64,000 bases of DNA, taken from contig JAAOMT010000222.1 in NCBI GenBank assembly GCA_016748015.1, positions 809,924 through 873,923 on the forward strand, in the 5' to 3' direction. The first letter of the stretch is position 1. Each line of letters begins with the position of its first letter. Both the position numbers and the translations under genes were made by a program. The notes below the pieces were generated by a model that saw nothing but the letters and a program-made list of their open reading frames with translations, did not search any database and was not told the DNA's origin. Positions 15,272-26,167 of the stretch are shown one piece after another. The DNA comes from Geosiphon pyriformis uo1 (Eukaryota > Fungi > Glomeromycota).

Positions 15272-15632
15272 TTAAAAACCAGCACTGAAACGAAGAGCAA
15301 AATTGGTGATTACTGCGGCTGAAAAATATGAGATAAAAAATTGAAAATAAAAATATTAATGTAATTGAACGCGGTAAAATAACCAAAATATTATTAATAA
15401 TTAACCTAGTAGGAAAATACAAAGGATCGTGGGTCCAAATCGGTCATCATACGCGCCTCCTTCACGCTTCCTTATTCTATCGGCTCTCCAATGATATATA
15501 GACAAAGCATAAATCATCACTGCCATTGCTAAAAAAAACCCAAGGATTGCGTTAAAATGGAAACTGAACTTTAATTAAGATGACATTTTTTCTTTTCTGC
15601 AAGGGTTGCAAAGATTTGTTTGTAAAGAAAAG

Positions 15633-15664
<32 letters not shown>

Positions 15665-16037
15665 GAAAAGAAAAGAAAAAAGAAAAAAGAAAAGAAAAAA
15701 GAAAAAAGAAAAAGAAAACATACCGACAAATGTGAACAAGGCGGCCGAGATTTTTCCCACTCTATCTCCAAAGTTGAGAAGTCCAATTGCAAGACCACCT
15801 AGGACTACTGTGAATTGTAGCCAAGAAAGAAAGGTTCGTTCATTTGCAAAGAAAACCTACCAACATTGATTTATAAAAGTGAAAGTTCAATGGCGCATAA
15901 ATGTACCATTTGTAGGCGATCCCAATATAAAAAAAAAAGAAGCTCTCTCATCAGCATACTTTAGGTTCAACTCTAACTGGGATAGCAACGCGTTTTTGTG
16001 GTGGCCGTTCTTGAAGAAGGGGTTCTGTTTCAGACAT
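15272..16037 (-). CDS. VTC1: Vacuolar transporter chaperone 1 (VTC polyphosphate polymerase complex membrane subunit), 126 aa
   Basis: Exons 16037-15960, 15856-15724, 15528-15406 and 15318-15272 give [126 protein letters not shown]. Diagnostic [16 protein letters not shown] and YDDRFGP motifs are present. Confidence 0.95.
15624..15718. repeat. (AAAAG)n/(AAAAAG)n microsatellite in VTC1 intron 2
   Basis: Seen directly. It generates the spurious Lys/Phe-rich ORFs at 15571-15869. Confidence 0.9.
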
Positions 16038-16150
16038 GACGCGACGTTTTTTTTTTCGTTGAGGGGAAGATAGAAGGTTAAACTGTATTTAAGGAAGTTT
16101 AAAAATCCTATCTGGGAATTTAGTAGATTCCTGTTGCTGATCATTATACC

Positions 16151-16167
16151 CACGTTTTCACCACGTG
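16151..16167 (-). promoter_or_regulatory. Paired Pho4-type E-boxes (CACGTT and CACGTG) upstream of VTC1
   Basis: CACGTT at 16151-16156 and CACGTG at 16162-16167, 114-130 bp upstream of the VTC1 ATG. These are the two canonical Pho4 sites, and VTC genes are PHO-regulon members in yeast. Confidence 0.65.
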
Positions 16168-16497
16168 ATGAAAGGCGTTATATGCCGAAGAGGATGTAAC
16201 AGTTGATTCCGCCAACGAAAAAATCAGTAACACGGAGATGGTTGGTTAAGATCATTACATTGGTTAACACTAGCAGAATATATTATAATGTTGTAAATTT
16301 ATCACATATAAAATTCCTATAAAAGGTAACTTTGGCGTTAAAATTCATCGAAATAATCAAACTTTGAAGCTAACACCAATTAAAAATATAGATGCAGGTT
16401 GGGCCAATCTGCGTTTAATTATGATATGTGGACAAATTTATGGGATTTAATTAAAATTGAAGAAATTAAATCATTAAGATTCCTGATATATTTTTGA

Positions 16498-17060
16498 CTA
16501 CCATTTTTTATAAGGTAGAAACTTTCCTTCAAAAGTTAATTTAACCCTTTCCGAATTTGAGTCGATAACCTTGAATAAAATAAAATAAATTTGAATTAAA
16601 TTCACTAAACCATAATTATATAAGCTGAAAAGAAAGTGTATATCTCAATTTTGGAAAATATACCTTGTCAACTTTTGCTGTGAAATCAACGGCAGACATT
16701 ATCCCATCACCAAACTGATGATAAAGAAAATAAAAAATTTAAATTAGAGTAAAGTAAAAGGAATTTAAAATTCTCAAATTTCCCCTCCATTTCCTACCTT
16801 CTCATGAATTACAGCTTTGAGAGGATATCCATAAACCTATTAATCATTAGTAATTAAATATTAAAAAAAAAAACCCTTTAATCAATTCTTGAATATATAT
16901 ATATATATGTATATTAAGATAAGAAAATTTAATACAAACCTCTAAAATCTCATAAAGTCGGTAGATCAAAGGATCTCTAGGTGGTGTTTCGATGAGTCTG
17001 AAATTAAGAAATATTAAAGATCACAAAATTTAAAATGTATTAAAAATTGTTAATTGAAAG

Positions 17061-17092
<32 letters not shown>

Positions 17093-17624
17093 AAAACAAC
17101 ATACCCTCCTTTATTAGGGTAAAAGGAGCTGCCAAAATTATCATTCAAATTAGTCAGAGAAATATCTAATGCGATACTTAATTTCTCAAGATCTTCAGGG
17201 TCGAGCTTTGCCTATAGAGAATTTTAAAAATTTTAAATTAGATTTAAATTATTTATGACCCTTAATATATATATTTTTTAATAATGAAAGGTCACAAACC
17301 TGTCCGTAAAATACTGCAGCGACCCAGATTTCATCTCTATTGATTATATCACCAATTTGAGCAAACCTTTAATAAAATATCAAAATTTAAAATAATAATA
17401 ATAATAATAATAATCGGGACTTCAAAATTCCCAGAATGCATTTTATTTGGCTTCTAATTATATTTTGAAAGCATACGTGAGTTTCTTTTTCGCTTTAGCA
17501 TTGAACAGTTGTGCAGAAATTGGAGGAAGTTTGTCTTTTATCTTTTCCTATGATATGTATCAAACATTGAATAAAATCAAAAAGTGAAAAAATGTTATTA
17601 AATGTTAGATTAACTTACATTCAT
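16498..17624 (-). CDS. CYN1: Cyanate hydratase (cyanase), 156 aa, 8 exons
   Basis: Exons 17624-17619, 17547-17477, 17366-17300, 17211-17105, 16997-16940, 16836-16798, 16714-16664 and 16569-16498 total 471 nt. They give ...KKLTFAQIGDIINRDEIWVAAVFYGQAKL...[39 protein letters not shown]...RVKLTFEGKFLPYKKW, with catalytic YRLYE and GIMSA motifs. Confidence 0.95.
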
Positions 17625-17815
17625 CGTTGCAAAAATACTATCAATAATTGTTACCTTGTAAAAGATATTGAGGTAAAAAATAAATAAATATCAATTAGAT
17701 CTTCATGATGTCAATTTTAATAATACCACTTTCCCCAAATCACGTTGTTTCACTGCTGATCAAGCAAAAAGTTTCTCACAGTCAAGGACTAATTTTTACC
17801 TATTGAATATCTTCA
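17625..17815. promoter_or_regulatory. Probable bidirectional promoter shared by CYN1 and LIP5
   Basis: Head-to-head ATGs only 191 bp apart. One CACGTT at 17741-17746. Confidence 0.55.
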
Positions 17816-19561
17816 ATGTACGCTCAAAGACATCTTATTTTACATAATTGGGCCCCAAAGCTGAATATTTTTAACTTGCAACATCGAAAACCTCATAATA
17901 ATGTCATCACCTTTTTAAAAAATGAACAATCATCGTTGACGTTCCTAGTTCGTGCACTGGGAACAGCTTCAAGAAAGTCTCAATTCACTGAAAGGTTATC
18001 CGAGGGCCCGAGTTTTGATGATTTCATTGCAGGGTCATCACACGAACCTTTAAGGATCGCAGAATCTTTGGAATTAAAAATAAAAAAAGACGAAAACCCA
18101 AAGAAACCGTAAGCGATTTCGTATTTTGTGTATGTCTTAATATCCTTCCCCATTTTATTTCTTCATTTACCCGGTCTTTATTTTTTCCTATGATATTGTT
18201 TGAATCAAGGATCTTATAAACATGTGTGATCTATTAAAATGGTTAATTTTAGGCATCAACGGTTACCAGAATGGCTAAAAACAAAAGTTCCAGTTGGCAC
18301 AAATTATGCCCGAATAAAAAATGATTTACGTGGATTGAATTTACACACGGTGAGCCTTCTGTATTTCTTTCGAAAATTCATCCAAAAATTTTCTTCTATT
18401 CTGCCATGAATTTCTGGGAGCTTTTATTTATTTGATTTTATTCTCACACCATTTTTGAAAAGGTATGTGAAGAAGCTCGATGTCCAAATATTGGTGATTG
18501 TTGGGGTGGTGGTGAACATCAAACAGCTACAGCAACCATTATGTTAATGGGAGATGAATGTACCCGAGGATGTCGATTTTGCTCGGTGAAAACAAGCAAA
18601 ACTCCTCAAAAATTGGACCCAAAAGAACCAGAAAATGTTGCCAATGCGATCTCAAAATGGGGCTTAGATTATATAGTTTTGACTTCTGTAGATAGGGATG
18701 GTAAGTGGAACAAATTTATTTGTTGGAAATCTTGAGAATTTGAGAAATTAACTTTGCTAATTTTGTATGATCAGATTTGACCGATGGTGGTTCAGAGCAT
18801 TTCGCGCAAACAATTCGTTTGCTCAAACAAAAGTACCAAAGTTCCTATTCTTCGAAATAACCTCAACTTCGAATTTAACCACAAATATTGATTTCTATAA
18901 TTTTTGGGATAGAGCTCCTAAAATAATGGTAGAATGTCTTACAGGTGATTTTCAAGGAGACTTGGAGGCAGTAACCAGAGTTACCTTATCAGGCCTCGAT
19001 GTATATGCACATAATGTTGAAACGGTAGAGGCGTTGACGCCACATGTTCGTGATCATCGTGCCACTTTTAGACAAAGTTTGAAAGTTTTGGAACACGTAA
19101 AGAAGGTTAAACCAAGTTTAATCACAAAAACTAGTATAATGTTGGGGGTTGGGGAAACTGACGAGGAAGTCATGGACACCTTAAAAGGTAAATTTTCCTG
19201 ATTTTTTCCTTTGAATTTACTTAATTATAATGACTCATTGTTATTTCTAATAAAAGAGTTGCGTAGAATCAAGGTTGATTGCGTCACTCTGGGACAGTAT
19301 ATGCGTCCAACCAAAAGACACATGAAAGTTCACGAATATGTAGATCCATCGAAATTCGAACATTGGGCAAAGGTTGGGGATAATCTAGGTTTTCTTTATA
19401 CAGCATCTGGTCCATTAGTACGAAGCAGCTATAAGGCTGGTGAATTTTTTATTGGAAACATTCTTAATGAACGACGAAAAGCAATTGATAACTTAATAAT
19501 GGATGAAAAGATTAATAGTGGGCAACCAGTTGAAGAGTTTCAGGAACAATCTAGTGTGTAG
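17816..19561 (+). CDS. LIP5: Mitochondrial lipoyl synthase (radical SAM), ~421 aa, 6 exons
   Basis: Exons 17816-18108, 18253-18349, 18463-18700, 18775-18832, 18913-19187 and 19257-19561. Motifs: [13 protein letters not shown] (CX4CX5C), CTRGCRFC (CX3CX2C), [25 protein letters not shown]-terminal targeting-like extension. Confidence 0.97.
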
Positions 19562-20210
19562 AGATTAGGATTGATAAGGGTGCTGAATAAAACACCATAT
19601 TTTTAACAACCAGTATCGTATCCTCAAGCTTAATGTCTCCTCATTTTCCAGTCATAGAATGTTTTTTTTCTGAAATTTTAAGGATCCAATTTTTTAATAT
19701 ATTCCATTTGTGTTATAGTGAAATTTATTAGCTCCTGTTTCTACAAAATATTTCTCGAAATTATTTAATCTGACCCTTTATCTCAAAATCCTGACTTTCC
19801 CAAGGTTCTGTTTCATTTGTTTGTTTTTTTACTAGTTCAACTATCCTCTCCAATTTCACCTCAATCAACTAGATTTTTGCAGAGAAACGCCTCAACTTAA
19901 GTTTGTAGTTCAAATTTATTCTAAAGTCCTTGCTTTGATTAAATAAAAATTCCCACCGTTGAAATATAGCTTAGTATCCCTCACTCCACTTACATTATGA
20001 CCCCTTCCCCCAAGGTATTTTTGTGAAGTACGTGATAATACTCCTCTAAATTACATTGTTTTCTTTAAATAAAAATTTAAATATATAATATATCTCCCAA
20101 TTTCCCGAAACTCAATTCTCGACGCCAAAAGCACCATAAAACCAAGCTATGCTTCCATTCCTTCATTCAATATTCGAAAATTTCTTTTATTGAAAAACTT
20201 TGGATCATAT

Positions 20211-22481
20211 TCATATAAGAATCTCATTCAACAATGTTTCGTCTGGATTGAGGGCACGAAAGAGGTCAAAGTTGAAAGTACCATCTTCGGGCATTAATTT
20301 CTTACACATCTTGTCGATAGCAATCACCGCAAGACAGGTCTGTATATAGGCATCGATTAAATCGTCGACAGCAAGCCCAAGTTGATTAAAATCTTTTCGA
20401 TCCATCAATAGAAGTCGTTCTGGTTCGGTAGACCAATTTCCATATGAATCCTTAACTGAAAGATTTGTACCCAGCATTTCCCAGGATGTTCCTAATAATT
20501 TTGGAAATTAATAAGCTTATGAATTAAAACAGTGTCGTTAAAGAAGGGAAAAATTTGATAGATACTTGATGGATCGTCTTCAAGATGTCCCAACAATGGC
20601 TTTTTGGCCCTGCGTGAATAAATACAGACTGGTCTGAAACCACCATTATTGGCTGTTACCATCATTCGCAAATCTGTTACATATGTATGATTGCGTCGAT
20701 CTGGAATAGTTCCAGCGTGATAAAATTTCCCAGCACGTGTTACTGATGACCAAGACGCGTTCCCAACTAGTGATTGCACGATGAATTTATCGTAATGATG
20801 ATCTGCGTCAAGAAAATTTTGTAATTCTTGAGGGTTGGTAATTGTATAGACGCCTTGCCCTAGCAATTAGATTTGAAATCAGATGAAGGTAAAAATAGCA
20901 CAAGACAAGGCAAAGGCTTCAATTGAGTAATCCGTTACCTGCATTGCTGTAAGGAACTTTTAATACGGCATGACCCCCCATACTATTCAACCATAACGGA
21001 ACTTCACTCTTTGTAACATTGTTAATCGTTTTTGGGATTCTTACGGCTAAACCGGAATCAATCAATTCGGCATTATAAAAATCATAGGCTCTAGCTGCCA
21101 TCATTTTATTGCGTCCACCAGCCAAGCAGCAGATGATTTGATTCATGACAAGCGTACGCGTATTGAGAGGAATCCGGTTCCAAGGTTTTTGGGTAACATA
21201 ACGAAAGCAGGCACGAATTGAGTGCCATCCTTTTGAATATTGCGAACATCAAATTTAGAATTAAAATATTTTATACTTTTTAGAAATCAATTTCATGTTT
21301 GATACCAACCTCCACTCATATCTCGGATTTGTAGGACGCCTTCAACCCACTTAACCGGTGGATCTGGATCACCGATCTGATATTCTACGTACCAAACTTT
21401 CTCCCTAGAGATATCAGCCAACACGGCGGCATATCCAGTAGCCTCCATTACATTCTTATCGCAGATCACAGCCAAATCACCTAGTCGTACATCGGCATGA
21501 TCAGTTATTTCTTGAAAAGCAGATTCCAAAACCACACGATAGCCACCGAATTCCTGTGTATCTGATAACAAAGGCATTGATTTTTGGCCAGATGGACATG
21601 AATTCGTCTCCAGGATGATCATCTGCTTTTGTCCTGAGGCTGTTGTAACATTGAAAAGATCGGATCCTAGGAGTGAATTAGGAATTTTTGATTAACTATT
21701 TGGGTGCCAAAATTAACAATTTGTGTAACTAGCGAATAAAAATAGATTCGAGATTTCATTAGCGAATAAAATCTAATGCAAGCATTGATACTACCATTAT
21801 ATTAAAAAATTATCAAATTTTCTTGTATCGGTTTTTGCCGTGTACAGGAAAAGTCGACCAGAAAAAGGGTTTTAAAGAAAAGGTTGGGAGCCGAAAAATG
21901 ATTTCAGACATACCGGCCCAACGAAAGTGCTTTGGTTGATAACTCAAACACTCTGTCAGTTTTTCCAGTTTAACTTGTGGGTTAAGGTGAGTATAACGCG
22001 TAATTATACGTTCGTTGCCGAGTTGAAAAAAGCTAGCGACCGACGGGTGAATAATGGCGTTTAAGACACGTGGATAAAAATGTTTTTCTGCTTCAAATTC
22101 ACCTCCATAGACAACTTTTCCAAAGTTTTGTTGGTGGGGTGCCATAGTGACTGGAGCAGAATCTTCAGTTGGGGGAGAAGGTTGTACTTTAGGTAGCTCT
22201 GAATTTGAGGGATTTGTTTCATTCGTTGTTGAATTACTTTTGTCACTATCTGTATCAGAGTCAGAGGTTTCAAAATGTCTTTTGAATGCCAAATCCGCAT
22301 TGAGCTGAGCTTGAAGAGAGGCTTTTTTTTCCGAGAGGATATTACCCTCATTCTGTATAGGTTCTGTGGTAAAAGGTTCATCGATGTATGGGGGGGATAG
22401 TTTTAATGAAGAAGGTGACGTTGAAGTTTGCGAAATTCTAGAGTCCCCTGCTGATTGATTTGTGAGAAAAGCTGTAAACAT
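20211..22481 (-). CDS. Uncharacterised ATP-grasp fold protein, circularly permuted type (putative peptide/amide ligase), ~596 aa, 5 exons
   Basis: Exons 22481-21914, 21666-21310, 21229-20939, 20859-20566 and 20491-20211 total 1791 nt, open and intact. GSDLF...[12 protein letters not shown] lies near the N-terminus; [24 protein letters not shown] and DLRMMV lie downstream. Low-complexity N-terminal ~115 aa. Confidence 0.8.
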
Positions 22482-23129
22482 AATTTTCGAGTTTACTTCT
22501 TACTTTTTTTTTTAAATTGATTAGAAGAAAAAGAGTGTTAAAAATGTTTAATAAGTGGGAAAGTATATATCAGGTTTGCAAGAAATGGCGCATTCTTTGA
22601 TATCATAATGATACAATATCAAAGTTTGCTACATAGTTTACATAGTTGATTAACAGAAAAGAAAATGAAACATCTTTGATAATTTATAAATCAAGATAGT
22701 CCGCGCCTTTTAAATCATCCAATCAAAATTGACGTGTTACCCATGATGTCAAGATATTGATGTTTATAAGTCTGTTGATGATGCAATTTGAGTTGAAACA
22801 GTGTTATTTATTTATTGTTATTATTATTATAAACTTATTATTGCCTAATTATGTTTATAAAAAAATGGTGCATAAAAAATCGATAATTTCACATTTTGGG
22901 GGAAAAAGATAAAAATTAAAAATCTTGAATTATTTTCAATTTACTTGATACAAATAATTTTAGTAATTGATATAATATTAAAAATTAAAACACCAAAATA
23001 ATTTACATTATTAAGAAAATTAAAACAGAATATTATAATTGATTATAATTGAAAAAAACATTTTAAAAAATTAAAATCAAAATTTAATATAATTGATAAT
23101 ATAAAAAGATATATTTCAAATTTGTTTAA

Positions 23130-23202
23130 TATATTATTATTATTATTATTATTATTATTGTTGTTGTTGTTGTTGTTGTTGTTATTATTGTTATTATTGT
23201 TA
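23130..23202. repeat. (ATT)n(GTT)n compound microsatellite
   Basis: Seen directly. Confidence 0.85.
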
Positions 23203-23831
23203 TAATATTTTTATTATTGCTAAAAAATTAATTTTGGTATTACAATTTATTTTAATAATACTAATTGTTAAATTAAATTGTTATTCTTAACAAAATAATA
23301 CCTATAATTAATTACAACTAAAAATAGCATTATAATTTTATAAAAATTAATTAATTAATAATTAATTATAACTATTTTTTATTAAAAATACAATAAATTA
23401 AAATCTATTAAATTTTATAATTATTATATATTTAATTATTAATTTTATTTTAGCTAATAAATTAAATTATTATATTTTTTTATTGTTTTAATTAATTAAA
23501 ACATAAAATTTAATATTCTTATAAATAATTATAATTTACATAATTTTTACATATAATTAATAATATAAATTAATTAAAATTAAACTTAAAATTACAAAAG
23601 TAAACTTATTTAAAAAAGCTATTTTTTAAACTATTTTAATTATTTTGTTATAATTATTTAATAATTTTTATAAATTTAATTTAATATCAAAAGCTTTAAA
23701 CTTTTAAAATATTATTAATTTGTTAAAAACTTTTTTATATTTAGAACAACTTGAATTTTTATTTATATTAACATTAATATTAAAGTTAAAGATAATTAAT
23801 TTATTATTTATATTATATTTTACTTTAAATT

Positions 23832-23895
23832 CATATACTAGATAGCAACTGGGCTGTACTTGTTAAACTTGATAATAATAATAATAATAAAAAAA
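23832..23895 (+). mobile_element. Isolated LINE 3' tail
   Basis: ..CAACTGGGCTGTACTTGTTAAACTTGATAATAAT..AAAAAAA matches the extreme 3' end of the family (TTGGGCTGCACTTGTAAA..polyA, reverse of 48377-48415). A second tail lies at 24340-24383. Confidence 0.6.
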
Positions 23896-24459
23896 TTCAC
23901 AATCTTTTTGCTTAAATTACCAATTATTTTTATAAAAATTTTAATTTTTTTTTAATTTAAGAATTTTGTTTTTAAACTTATTATATACAATATTAATATT
24001 TTCAAAATAAACAAAAACAACAGTAATTATAATATTAATAAATTAAATAATAAACTTAAATAATATAATCAAATTAATTAAATTAAATTTTAAAAAAACT
24101 AATTAAAAACTAATTATATAATTAATAATAGTAATAACAAAAATAATTAACAAAACAAAAATTTTAATATAAAATTTAATATTAATAAAATAGAATTTAA
24201 AAATCTTAAATCTAATTATAAATTTAAATAATATAAGAGAAAAAATAAAAATACTTTGTAATTTAGGATTAAATAATTTAAATTTTAATATCTAAAACAA
24301 TATTAACAATATTAATAATATTAAATACAATATTTTTTAATATACTAATTGGGCTGTACTTATTAAACTGGATAATAAAAAAATATACTAATTTTAACAA
24401 TTATAATATTTAAATTTTTTTTAATATTAAAAGTAATTATAATATATAATATTTATTTA

Positions 24460-26167
24460 GCTGTGCACAGATGACTATTAGTAGCAGTTAAAAAAAGATT
24501 GTATGATAAAAAATATCCTGGTGTGCTGTATTTGCTGTATGATAAAGTAAAATTATTAAATTACATTTTTACTTATGCTCAAGATATTGGTGTTCAAGAA
24601 AAAATTTTGGTTAAAGTTTTTATATAGTAAGTTATTTTGGTGGATGCTTATAGACTATTTTTTTCTGCTGTTTTGCAAATGCTTTTTTAATGTTTTTTAC
24701 ATGTTACCATATATGTAGTAGTATATAAGAAATTTGTGTTAAAAAATTGGTGTACAAAGATTATTAAGATTTTTAATAGAAAAAAAAAACTATCTTTGCT
24801 GTTGTTAATTTTGTTAGGCATCTAATAGAGTTGTATCATTTTAAGATCTAATTAACAAAATTTAAATATAAGATCAATATAGAAAAGGCTGGTTTGGTTA
24901 AAAATAGCAGTTTAATATTAGATTTGTTATATGATTTAATATCTATGCTATTAAATAGTGTAATTAAGATGCTTGGTATTATTATCAATAGAATTTTAGC
25001 TATTAATTAGCATAAAATTACTCTCATAATTTTTATTATTAATTAATATATATTATTATTATTGCAATTATCACTTATTATTTAAGCAAATTATTAAATA
25101 TTATTATTTAATTAATAATTTGATTTGTATTATAGAAATTAAGATAATTAAATTACACAATACTTTAAACTATTTAATATAGTTAAAATTCGCCAAAATT
25201 GATGAAAATTGGCCGAAATAATCAATAGTTTGTAGAAATAACTTGTAGTTTACTGAAATATATCTTTAGTTTGCTAAAATTAAAGCAAAAAGAAAAGTGC
25301 AAGTTTAAAGACTAATACTACAACAAGTTGTATAAAAGAAGAGCTTCTCTTTTTAAGAAAATGTATCTTCTTATAGTATTTTATCATAGTATCTTACTTT
25401 AGATATCTTAATTAAAACAAATCACCTTTTATACATCTCAAATAAAAATTAAATATTCGAAAACCAAATTCTTTGAAATTATTACACTTGAAATTTTCTC
25501 AACACAACTAACATTTTAAAATTAATTAGCTACCAATTTCAATAATCTGTTAATGACTTCAGACCTGGATAAAAAACATTTCTCTTAACACAATTTTATT
25601 TCTTTTATTTTCTTTTTTTTCTTAGTATAATCATTAAAGTAGTCTACAGACAAAATTCCTGTAGAAGAGTTAACTTTTACAGCAAAATAACTACACATTT
25701 CTAGTAAGCTTCCAGATAAGCAATTTCTGAAAAAGAGTTGATGTTTACTACAATGTAACTACATAAAACAACTGACATAAAATTGGCCATTCTATTTATA
25801 AGCTTAGCAATTCAAATTATAAGAAATAATTTGAAGATAAATTCAGTTATTGGAGGTTCAACTACTTTTAGAAAATATAAATTCACAACAAACAGACATT
25901 AACAATATTAAAAAAAAAGACCAAAAATTTTCAATAATAGTATTATCAAGTTTTTTGCTATTAGTTTCAGTCATTACAAACCATGTTTTTTACTGGTTTA
26001 GATTGTAACATATGTGTTAATATAAGTAAATAGTATTGCTTTGTCTGGTCTAAGTAACTAGTCATATGTAATAAGTGTATAAGTTATGTTTAATTTAAGC
26101 TACTTAGTCTAATTTTATGTACTAAATAGTAATTGGGCTTTACTCAATAAATAGTATTAAAAAAAAA
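24460..26167 (+). mobile_element. Decayed LINE 3' fragment split by a solo LTR
   Basis: 24460-24979 encodes AVHR*LLVAVKKRLYDKKYPGVL, matching ALHHRLSVVIRKHLYDRSYPSV of the 38.7-kb copy. The frame resumes after 25943 (IKMLG|IIKFFAISF vs VRLLGIDDAFGIRF). Family 3' UTR and A-tail at 26030-26167. Confidence 0.8.
24980..25939 (+). mobile_element. Solo LTR of the Gypsy family at 29500, with 4-bp TSD GTAT
   Basis: Colinear over ~960 bp with 29500-30469. Ends TATTATCAATAG..TTCAATAATA vs TGTTACCAGTAG..TCCAGTAACA. GTAT at 24976-24979 and 25940-25943. Confidence 0.9.

Noticed and set aside
15571-15869. Lys/Arg-rich and Phe-rich ORFs
   Set aside because: Artefacts of the AAAAG microsatellite in VTC1 intron 2 and of overlap with VTC1 exon 2.
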